Below, one piece after another: positions 1 through 7,636 of a DNA stretch of 28,316 bases. Source of the DNA: a virus (lineage: Duplodnaviria; Caudoviricetes); the IMG/VR virus record IMGVR_UViG_3300005077_001240, positions 1 through 28,316 of that record; one strand, 5' to 3'. Under the pieces are notes generated by a model, which had not been told where the DNA came from, made no database searches, and saw nothing but the letters and a program-made list of their open reading frames with translations. The position numbers were made by a program, and so were the translations under genes. The first letter of the stretch is position 1, and every line of letters begins with the position of its first letter.

Positions 1-789
1 TCATTTTTTACCCCTACCTTTCCGAACTACCTGCTCTGAATCCTTCAGGAACGACAAAGGCTCCGGTGGAGGTGGTTTCGGAGTTATTACTACAGGGCGC
101 TTAGCTTTTTTCTTATCTTCTTCATATGCAATTTTCACTGTATCAATAAACCACTTCTGAGAATCTGTATATATGTCATCAAGTATAGATATATTCTTCT
201 CCCAGTGGTTGGTGTACAACACCTCTTCTGGTGAGTAGTATACAGACCACCCTGCACGTGATGCCTCCCAACACAGAAACAGCGCCCAGAACAACTGTGC
301 CTCAGGCTTTATAGATACCTGCTCAAGCATAGTCTTTCTCATAATAATAAACTTGGCATCTATGTAAATGTTGTAATCTTCGTTAAGTAATTCCGCTACA
401 TCGGGGCTCTGACCAAACCTTCTCCATATAGGCTGTGGCTGTTCTGGGTGCTCCACACCTGCATCTACCAGATCGTAATTACAATCAACCAGCCTGCAAC
501 CAATAATACCTATCTTATCATTCTCATAGAACTTCTTTAGTATGGGCTCAAGTGGCTTATTAAGCAGCACACCAGCATCTGCAACTATAACTATATCTCC
601 TTTACCTGAATATATAGTCTGCTTTAACCTCTCAAACACATTAAGATTCGGATCCATATTCCATGATAATGCTGTGAACTTCTCAGGCAGCATCCTACTG
701 AAGTTCTCTATAGTATCAGCATGAAGTTCATTCTGTGCCTTAGTTAAAGGCATCTTATAATCTGGCTTCGTTATAATAACATCTATCAT
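1..789 (-). CDS. GT2-family (GT-A fold) glycosyltransferase-like protein, apparently degenerate
   Basis: Shows the GT2 pattern GDIVIVADAGV...KIGIIGCRLVD...DAG...FIIMRKTMLEQV...LCWEASRAGWSVYYSP. The DxD and ED catalytic motifs are not intact. It has a Pro/Lys-rich tail and an upstream AAGGAG RBS. Confidence 0.65.
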   Translation of the reverse strand: MIDVIITKPDYKMPLTKAQNELHADTIENFSRMLPEKFTALSWNMDPNLNVFERLKQTIYSGKGDIVIVADAGVLLNKPLEPILKKFYENDKIGIIGCRLVDCNYDLVDAGVEHPEQPQPIWRRFGQSPDVAELLNEDYNIYIDAKFIIMRKTMLEQVSIKPEAQLFWALFLCWEASRAGWSVYYSPEEVLYTNHWEKNISILDDIYTDSQKWFIDTVKIAYEEDKKKAKRPVVITPKPPPPEPLSFLKDSEQVVRKGRGKK

Positions 790-806
790 TGTTCTTTCTC
801 CTTTTT

Positions 807-851
807 AAAATAGGGTAGAGGGTCATACCCGTGCATGCCCTCTACCCTATT
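807..851 (-). terminator. Probable intrinsic terminator downstream of the major capsid gene
   Basis: 14-bp perfect inverted repeat AATAGGGTAGAGGG (809-822) / CCCTCTACCCTATT (838-851), ending in TATTTT on the minus strand. Confidence 0.7.
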
Positions 852-882
852 CAATTTGCTTTTTGCTTGGCTGTGCAGCCTA

Positions 883-1797
883 TTAACCAAGTACGCTGGT
901 AATTCTGAAACCACAGTTTCCATCAACAATTTTTTCATCAGTGTACTCCATAACATCAACAAATGTAGCAAGTTCAAAATCCTGGCGAATCTTTCTTACC
1001 TGTCTTTCTTTCCACTGGAAAGTGTACCCAAGAGAAAGCTTGTTGAGCCCAGGCGAATTTTCTACAAAACCAAGATACACATCCTGTCCCCAAATATATG
1101 ACAGTGTTTCAGCCTGACCGAGGTTGGCTGTGTTCTGACCGGCACCGGCTATGACTATATTCACCCCATACAGTTTCTTGGGAAGGATGATCTCAGACTC
1201 AACCGTGAGGAGATTCTGAATATACTTCACCATATCCTTGATGGTAGGATCGTATGTCAGTGTGCATGCCGTTTCATATGATATAATCATGATATTGGGT
1301 TTACGGAACACTTTGCTGTGGATATACTTGATAGCCGTGATAATATCCTTATCAAAGGTGCTGCCAGTAGCTCCCCATGCAGATGTAGGTCCTGCAGTAT
1401 TGGTTATGCCTGCCTCAAGCAGATCATGGATGCGGATCTCCTGGTCAAGCATAATAAGATCGGTGACATTCTCCGTTGCATCGATCTCAGGGGAGATCGG
1501 TGTATCGGCATTGTCTCTCATCTCATCAGGAACTGGCTCATTCAGAGCATGGCACTGGCAGAAGTACTGGGCAGTGCTCAGAGTGTGGTAAACACTCCTT
1601 GATCTGGTACCAGGGGATCTATCAGTCTTGATCCTCTTCAGGTGTTCCTTACCTTTGACGTAATATACATCAGACTGTTTCTTTACCTTAACTACCGGAA
1701 AGATATCCTTACCCACGAACGCATCATTCTTATAGGCTATCGAAATATCAGTTAGTGGTCCGTCTACATGGACCTCTTGTGGTGATGGACGCATCAT
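883..1797 (-). CDS. Major capsid protein (HK97-fold; phage capsid E / Mu-like prophage type)
   Basis: 304 aa. The N-terminus VHVDGPLTDISIAYKN..FVGKDIFPVVKVKKQSDVYY and the internal KPNIMII and WGQDVYLGFV..PGL..LSLGYTF motifs are typical. It follows the protease and cement genes and has a strong AGAAAGGAGG RBS. Confidence 0.88.
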   Translation of the reverse strand: MMRPSPQEVHVDGPLTDISIAYKNDAFVGKDIFPVVKVKKQSDVYYVKGKEHLKRIKTDRSPGTRSRSVYHTLSTAQYFCQCHALNEPVPDEMRDNADTPISPEIDATENVTDLIMLDQEIRIHDLLEAGITNTAGPTSAWGATGSTFDKDIITAIKYIHSKVFRKPNIMIISYETACTLTYDPTIKDMVKYIQNLLTVESEIILPKKLYGVNIVIAGAGQNTANLGQAETLSYIWGQDVYLGFVENSPGLNKLSLGYTFQWKERQVRKIRQDFELATFVDVMEYTDEKIVDGNCGFRITSVLG

Positions 1798-1829
1798 AAC
1801 TAGGTTCCTCCTTTCTTAAGAGTTTATTG

Positions 1830-2240
1830 TTATGCTGTTTCAATCAGTTTAGTTCCACCATGAAGGCGAACAAGAACCTGATCACCGTCAAGAGTGGCTG
1901 TTGTCTGTGCCACGCCTATGGAGTAGTAATCTGCTTCTGGAGTGGTGCCAATAGGCACAGAAGCAACCTTACCTGCTGTGCCATACATATAAACCTCATC
2001 CCCTATAGTTATAGCAGATGCAGCAATACACAGCACATCACCCAGAGTAGCCAGCGTTACCTGCCTGTTTGTAGCTACTGCATACTGAACCACACCAGCA
2101 AATATTCTGAGATTTGAACTGGTTGGGTATTTCACCTTGCCTTCGTTGGCTGTGTCCATAATAACACATCTGCCTGCAAGTACCCCATCAGCCTCATTCA
2201 GTACTTTGGTATCCCTGTCAAGAATTTTTTCACCTAGCAT
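1830..2240 (-). CDS. Capsid cement / head decoration protein (DUF2190-like)
   Basis: 136 aa, Gly/Ala/Val-rich (ASAITIGDEVY..GTAGKV...IGVAQTTATLDGDQVLVRL). It lies between the scaffold and capsid genes and has an AGAAAGGAGG RBS. Confidence 0.8.
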   Translation of the reverse strand: MLGEKILDRDTKVLNEADGVLAGRCVIMDTANEGKVKYPTSSNLRIFAGVVQYAVATNRQVTLATLGDVLCIAASAITIGDEVYMYGTAGKVASVPIGTTPEADYYSIGVAQTTATLDGDQVLVRLHGGTKLIETA

Positions 2241-2262
2241 TAACTGGTCCCTCCTTTCTGTC

Positions 2263-2272
2263 TAAAGTTATA
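2263..2272 (-). promoter_or_regulatory. Conserved TATAACTTTA element upstream of the cement gene RBS (copy 1)
   Basis: The identical 10-mer also occurs at 4030-4039 and 10644-10653, each a few nt upstream of AAGGAGG. Confidence 0.55.
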
Positions 2273-2273
2273 A

Positions 2274-3236
2274 TTATTCCGAAAGTTCAATGTATGCCTG
2301 TGTGAGCGCATCTTTGAACTTGAAGGTTGTATCGCCCTGCTTCTGGGCTGCAGCATACAGCTGCCGTGCTCTTGTCTGGAGATCTCTCTCGTTCAGACCA
2401 CCTGTTGCATCAGTGACACCCTGCTCACCGTACTGAATTGCTCCAGGAAGTGTGTCAAGAAGTGCTCTGACTTTTGCTGCTACTGCATCAGGTGCTTCCA
2501 TGAAAATCTGTGTAACCAGACCAGCCTGCTGGGGATGGATACGACCTATACCCCTCTCATCCTCTATCCAGTTACTGACCAGACCTTCAACTGCCTCAAA
2601 CTTCAAAGCTTCCTGAAGCTGTTGTTCTCTCAACTGCAGGTTCTGGACCTGTTCAGACAGCTGCATGATGGTATTCCTGGCTGCTGTATCAGCTACCGGC
2701 AATGCTCCTTCAGAAAACTCCATATCGCCATCATAACCGTAGTCATCATCTTCCTGATACTCAAAGGCTTCACCGTATTCGTTGAAGAACAGACCGGACT
2801 GATCGTCATAGAAAAGCTGGTTGCCTTCCTCATCATACAGACCCTCAGAAGCTGCTACATTCTGTGCCGCTGCAGCCAGCGCCGCTGCCTTTGCAGCTTT
2901 CTTTTTAGCCAGATGACCACGAATAGCCTTCTGACCGTAGTAGACAGCAGGAGCAGCCAACACAGTACCACCACCTATTTGAGCTGCAAGCTTCTGACCT
3001 GGAGTAAGCTTATCAAAAGCATCTTTTATATTACCGATATAATCAGTTTTGCCAGTTTTCTGGGGATTGGCTGCACGTTCAGCCTGCTTACGTGCTCTCT
3101 CCATTATGTCCTCTGCCCTACTAAATTCATAATTGTCTTCTTCTGGCTCAGCCAGCATTGCGCCAAACTCACCTTCATCGAAGATAATTCCGCTATCAAG
3201 ATCACCTGCTGACATTTCAACAGTTCTGTTACCCAT
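2274..3236 (-). CDS. Probable scaffold protein translated from an internal in-frame start (Mu gpZ-like)
   Basis: AAGAAGGGAGG-7nt-ATG at 3236 (MGNRTVEMS...), just after the protease domain; 320 aa. Confidence 0.6.
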   Translation of the reverse strand: MGNRTVEMSAGDLDSGIIFDEGEFGAMLAEPEEDNYEFSRAEDIMERARKQAERAANPQKTGKTDYIGNIKDAFDKLTPGQKLAAQIGGGTVLAAPAVYYGQKAIRGHLAKKKAAKAAALAAAAQNVAASEGLYDEEGNQLFYDDQSGLFFNEYGEAFEYQEDDDYGYDGDMEFSEGALPVADTAARNTIMQLSEQVQNLQLREQQLQEALKFEAVEGLVSNWIEDERGIGRIHPQQAGLVTQIFMEAPDAVAAKVRALLDTLPGAIQYGEQGVTDATGGLNERDLQTRARQLYAAAQKQGDTTFKFKDALTQAYIELSE

Positions 3237-4010
3237 TCTATTTCCTCCCTTCTTATTCTTAAGCTTTAACGATTTTACCATATCCCTGTTTGCCGATACG
3301 TCACCCTCCTTTGAATAGTTTCCTCCAAATCTCCTGGTCTGTTGACCAAAGCTTTCAGGTTCTATTAAGTTAGCCTCATACTGAGCAAGTTCCCACTCGT
3401 TAAGCATGCAGGTCTTAAGCCCTGACTCTGCTAACAGTATGGGAGCCATACGCTTGATAAAAGGTCTATTGGTTAAAGTTACAGCTACCAGCACATTAGA
3501 TGTTGACTGACCTGTTTCAGGATCCTCATACTTAGGACTGAACTCTGCAGACACATACCTGTAAACTTTATCCTTAATAAGACTAAGACCCTTGCTGGTC
3601 CACTCTACAAATGCCCACAACCCTGTAGGTCTGGACTCCAGCTTCTTCACCCAGCCAACTGCACCCTTATCTTCCTTGTGCTCTGTATCTATGGCTATAT
3701 CAATGCCGCGAACATTCTGCTCATAATGCTCTTTAAGCTGAGCAAATGTATCCTGGTTTACATCTACTAAACCATACACAGGGTGCTTCCATCTGCCCTC
3801 TCTCAACACCTGTATCCAGGAAAACTTAAGGTTCTTTGACCCTATCTTTGCTGGCTTTATGTCAGTAGGAGAAAGAGGTCTTGCCAGTTCAGCAAACACA
3901 TGTATGTTATTCTCTTCATCTATACCTACTTCATGCTCATAGTCTGAAGGTCTATCCATAACTGCTGTGTCTGCATCACTGAATCTGTAACTACTGAAAA
4001 TATCCCTCAT
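2274..4010 (-). CDS. Mu-like prohead protease (gpI family) fused to scaffold
   Basis: Motifs IDTEH...AVGWVKKL...GLWAFVEWT..G...I....YRYVSAEF...LTNRPFIK.M.PI (His/Ser protease). The C-terminal part is acidic/coiled-coil and ends FKDALTQAY. Confidence 0.9.
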   Translation of the reverse strand: MRDIFSSYRFSDADTAVMDRPSDYEHEVGIDEENNIHVFAELARPLSPTDIKPAKIGSKNLKFSWIQVLREGRWKHPVYGLVDVNQDTFAQLKEHYEQNVRGIDIAIDTEHKEDKGAVGWVKKLESRPTGLWAFVEWTSKGLSLIKDKVYRYVSAEFSPKYEDPETGQSTSNVLVAVTLTNRPFIKRMAPILLAESGLKTCMLNEWELAQYEANLIEPESFGQQTRRFGGNYSKEGDVSANRDMVKSLKLKNKKGGNRMGNRTVEMSAGDLDSGIIFDEGEFGAMLAEPEEDNYEFSRAEDIMERARKQAERAANPQKTGKTDYIGNIKDAFDKLTPGQKLAAQIGGGTVLAAPAVYYGQKAIRGHLAKKKAAKAAALAAAAQNVAASEGLYDEEGNQLFYDDQSGLFFNEYGEAFEYQEDDDYGYDGDMEFSEGALPVADTAARNTIMQLSEQVQNLQLREQQLQEALKFEAVEGLVSNWIEDERGIGRIHPQQAGLVTQIFMEAPDAVAAKVRALLDTLPGAIQYGEQGVTDATGGLNERDLQTRARQLYAAAQKQGDTTFKFKDALTQAYIELSE

Positions 4011-4029
4011 AGGTTATCCTCCTTTCTCC

Positions 4030-4039
4030 TAAAGTTATA
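4030..4039 (-). promoter_or_regulatory. TATAACTTTA element upstream of the protease RBS (copy 2)
   Basis: ATATAACTTTAGGAGAAAGGAGGATAACCT-ATG. Confidence 0.55.
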
Positions 4040-4046
4040 TTCCATA

Positions 4047-5174
4047 TTACCTTACGTGTGCTTCAGGAACATGCACCACAGGATTAATAACATCCTCTGC
4101 ACGTTTCCTTACCAACTTACCACGCACATCGTTATACATAGTCTGACCTCTCTGCTTAAGGCCAGATATGATAGTGCCACTTTCCAGCGCAGCGCCACCT
4201 TTCTTAATCAGACCTCCTGTAGATCTCTGAGCATACTGAACTGCTCTCTTGATTGTTCCGGGCCTGGATATCTGATCCCCAACCCAGTTTGCACCACGGG
4301 CAGCTGCTGCCTTCGCCCTGTAAGACGCATTCTGAACATAGTTGTAGGCTCTCTTAATTCTGCCTGGAGGCTTTTCTGCTGCAGCCATACCTGCTTCAAC
4401 ACCCTCAAATATCATTACCTCCCCAAGGAATATAGCCTGATCAATTATCTCTGCAAGTTCATAGTCCATATATGTCCCTCCTTCATTAAATTTATGCTTT
4501 TCTCGTCTTCCTTGTAGCATACGACCCAATATGGGCACCTTTGCATTTGCAATAAGTATACGCCTTGCAGCATCAGCCCGCTCAGGATCTTCATCCCTGT
4601 TAATAAGTGCTGCATAAGACACCCTGTCTGCTCTAGCTAACCATGGAGTAATCTTTTTATACTTATTATATTCTTCTCTTTTCTGCTTCTTAAGTTCTTG
4701 GTGATGTTTGCGAGACTCGTAATCTTCTGGTATTATTGTTTCAAACTTGTATTCTGATGCCCTCATGCTATTTAGCCACTCCTTTACTTTTTTTTCTCGG
4801 TTTTTAGGCTTTATACCCATACCCACACGTAACATATCTATACGTATATCCGAAAACTCTTTGTTACCTGACTTAGCTGCATCCCATCTAGCTATGTTCT
4901 GTTCATAGTCTTCTACACCTTCAAGGTGCTGCTTAAGCCTCCTTGCCCTACGTGCAAGCTTCGGGTCCAATGGCTTTTCTTTAAGCCCAGAAGCCGAAAA
5001 AGCAAAATTCTCCGATAGGCTTTTCTGGTACTTCAGTGTTCCTTGTGTACCTGGAGATATGTTTCTCAAACTTCCTGCTTTTGATTTAGTGGCTTTCTTC
5101 TTACCTCGCCTACGCTCCCACTCCGCTACAGGAACGTGTACATCTTGAGGAGAAAGCATCATAAATTTATACAC
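4047..5174 (-). CDS. Modular basic hypothetical protein, putative internal head protein
   Basis: 375 aa, GTG start with AGAGGAAGG RBS. Tags include SLSENFAFS, KEFSD, ASEYKFE, KFNE and LAE...IFE. The N-terminus resembles that of the capsid protein. There is an internal RBS and ATG at 4469. Confidence 0.75.
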   Translation of the reverse strand: MYKFMMLSPQDVHVPVAEWERRRGKKKATKSKAGSLRNISPGTQGTLKYQKSLSENFAFSASGLKEKPLDPKLARRARRLKQHLEGVEDYEQNIARWDAAKSGNKEFSDIRIDMLRVGMGIKPKNREKKVKEWLNSMRASEYKFETIIPEDYESRKHHQELKKQKREEYNKYKKITPWLARADRVSYAALINRDEDPERADAARRILIANAKVPILGRMLQGRREKHKFNEGGTYMDYELAEIIDQAIFLGEVMIFEGVEAGMAAAEKPPGRIKRAYNYVQNASYRAKAAAARGANWVGDQISRPGTIKRAVQYAQRSTGGLIKKGGAALESGTIISGLKQRGQTMYNDVRGKLVRKRAEDVINPVVHVPEAHVR

Positions 5175-5176
5175 AG

Positions 5177-7636
5177 CTACCTTCCTCTTAATATTTTTCG
5201 TTCTTCAGAATAAAGTAACTGTGCAATAAATTGATCGTCATAATCAGGCTCACTTAACTTCCTGTTGTTCTGCATCTTGAACCATTCTTTACCTCTGTCT
5301 CCTATATCAGTTCGATATTGTTTGTCAGGAACATCTATAGCTTTAAGTCTATCATACACTAAAGCTTTAGCCTCGTCAATAGTTTTTCCTGTTGCACATA
5401 TGCTGCCTAAGATGTCATTACAACTAAACAGACCCTCCCTGTCTTCATCTTGACGCACACCATCCCAGTAGCATGAATTTGTAAACTTTTCGTAGCCTAT
5501 TATTCTTACACCTACAGATCTGTTCTCCAGGAACTCTGTGATAATTTTCTTCTTTGCATCAGGTGTCTTCTCCGGTATCTCTGTCATAGGAAATGGTGGT
5601 ATAGTTAACCGTATCCCTATACAGAAGTCTGTGGAGTATACTGGTTTATATGGTTTACCTATAGCTACTGCATATAGCAAATCCCCAAAATTAGACTTCA
5701 GTAGTTCCATAGTATTCTCTATACACACATAACCAAACCGATGACAGAACTCCAATGCATATGGCTTACCATCTTCTTTAGATACAATAGTGTTTATATC
5801 TACAGGCCCCACATACCCGTATTTCCTTAATACAGGACCCATCTTCATAACATTCTGAACCAGAATGTCATCCATGTTTCCATGTATCCATACAAGAGAA
5901 CCCATACACCCTGTAGTAGGACCCAGATTACCTACAAGAAACTTCTTTTCTTCTATGTCATGCACAACAAAATTGGGTATAAAACCATTCTTTGTATGCC
6001 ACAATTCTGTGTTACCACACCACATAGCTTTACCTTCTCGCCTAACATATACCGTCCTATTAGGTAAAACCTTAACACAGTAGACTATATCGTTATAAGG
6101 AACTTTCTTATAATTCTTATGTTCTAAAGTGCCGTGCATATAGCACTTATCTGCAACAATAAACATATCAGGATGGTGGACACCTCGCTTATCTACAAAC
6201 GCATCTCTACGGCTTATAGAAGCACAGGTGCCTTTCTTTAAACACAGTTCTTGTAAGTCATCAGCCATCTGGCGAGATGATGTACAATAAAAGGCATACT
6301 CCCCATCCTTTAAATAACCATCACCCATTAAATACACACTACAAAACAAATCTATAGTTTCTTTACTGGCATTTTTAATGTAATCAGGAACAAACTTATC
6401 ACAAGATCTTCCAAAAGTTGCTACATAATTCCACAGTTGCTTATTATATATTCTGTAGTTTATACCGTTCTTATCCCACTTAAAAGGCAACTTACCTAAT
6501 ACCTTCTCTATCTCATTGCAACAATGACCCTTCTTTTGTGTTATAATAACCTCATAGCCATTCTTTTTGCTATGTTTTACAAAACACCCTTCACTAAGAT
6601 ACCAACCCATAAACTCAACCCACGTATCCATGTCTATACTTATAGGCACTATATCCTCAGAACCTCGCCAACCGTTTTCTTTTGTAATTCCAGGCAATAC
6701 AAAATAATCACAATCAGTACCTTCCCATACACCGGATCTCGGGAAGTAACATCTATCAACAGAGTTATAACATTCCTCTACAGTTTTAAACTCCCAAGGC
6801 TTATCTTTATGTTTAATATAATCATAACGTGTCTTCTGCAACATCCTATGATTCGGCGTTACACAAAAATTAATAGATGCTGTTTCATACAAATACATAT
6901 CCCCATTATAAGTCTGCCTTATTATTTTTTCAGGAACGGCATATTCTATTTTCATAGTTTCAGGGTTTATAGTTGCTACACTATCGTATGACTTAAGATC
7001 ATCAAAAAACTTCCAACCATTGTTAGTCAATATTTCTGTCTTATAGTCGTAGCAAGATATCTCAAACCCCTCTATGAACTTCTGCAATATAAATCCTTTA
7101 GACTCATCTATCAGGTGTTCATCATGATAATGCTCCATAGTATTTACAAGGTCATCAGGTGACTTAGATACATAAGATGCATAGTTTGTCTGGTTGTCGT
7201 TAGGCTTAAACACATACCTATCAGGGTTCTTCCTTACAAACTTTATAGCTGTATTGAAATCTTTAAACGAATAGGTTGGTGGTCTAAGTATTCCTGCCTC
7301 TTTCATGACACTATCAGCAAACCCTCTATCCAACTCTACCTTTGTTGCATACTTATCTGCTCCTAATGTAGGCACACCATATGCGTGACACATCTCTATA
7401 ATCTTATCTTTACCTTCACCCATCATATCAAATACAAGCAAATCTGGTTGACTTTCCAGTGCCTGCTTAAGATTAGGCCACTTATGCACCATACCATCAT
7501 AAGAAGGATCCTTTGTGTTGGCTACAAACATGTTATCTTCATCTGCAAGCAACACAGATACATCATGACCTTCACGCTGCAGGCGCTGAACAAACACAAG
7601 ACCTGAGCAACTTACCGTATGTATTAGTATATGCAT
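5177..7636 (-). CDS. PurD (GAR synthetase)-like ATP-grasp ligase containing an intein
   Basis: Motifs ELDR.FA..VMKEAGI..P, YVFKP, ILQKFIEGFEIS, EEKKFLVGNLGPTTGCMG, YGYVGPVDIN, ALEFCHRFG, ATGKTIDEAK..VY and QYRTDIG. About 471 aa after splicing. Confidence 0.85.
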   Translation of the reverse strand: MHILIHTVSCSGLVFVQRLQREGHDVSVLLADEDNMFVANTKDPSYDGMVHKWPNLKQALESQPDLLVFDMMGEGKDKIIEMCHAYGVPTLGADKYATKVELDRGFADSVMKEAGILRPPTYSFKDFNTAIKFVRKNPDRYVFKPNDNQTNYASYVSKSPDDLVNTMEHYHDEHLIDESKGFILQKFIEGFEISCYDYKTEILTNNGWKFFDDLKSYDSVATINPETMKIEYAVPEKIIRQTYNGDMYLYETASINFCVTPNHRMLQKTRYDYIKHKDKPWEFKTVEECYNSVDRCYFPRSGVWEGTDCDYFVLPGITKENGWRGSEDIVPISIDMDTWVEFMGWYLSEGCFVKHSKKNGYEVIITQKKGHCCNEIEKVLGKLPFKWDKNGINYRIYNKQLWNYVATFGRSCDKFVPDYIKNASKETIDLFCSVYLMGDGYLKDGEYAFYCTSSRQMADDLQELCLKKGTCASISRRDAFVDKRGVHHPDMFIVADKCYMHGTLEHKNYKKVPYNDIVYCVKVLPNRTVYVRREGKAMWCGNTELWHTKNGFIPNFVVHDIEEKKFLVGNLGPTTGCMGSLVWIHGNMDDILVQNVMKMGPVLRKYGYVGPVDINTIVSKEDGKPYALEFCHRFGYVCIENTMELLKSNFGDLLYAVAIGKPYKPVYSTDFCIGIRLTIPPFPMTEIPEKTPDAKKKIITEFLENRSVGVRIIGYEKFTNSCYWDGVRQDEDREGLFSCNDILGSICATGKTIDEAKALVYDRLKAIDVPDKQYRTDIGDRGKEWFKMQNNRKLSEPDYDDQFIAQLLYSEERKILRGR
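6011..7054 (-). mobile_element. Intein with LAGLIDADG homing endonuclease (348 aa)
   Basis: Starts S|CYDYKTEILT..GW. Block B is CVTPNHRML. LAGLIDADG blocks are FMGWYLSEG and SVYLMGDG. Ends VYCVKV.....VYVRREGKAMWCGN|T. Confidence 0.92.

Noticed and set aside
786-977. 63-aa minus-strand ORF between the capsid and GT genes
   Set aside because: It overlaps the capsid 3' end out of frame and runs through the terminator hairpin.
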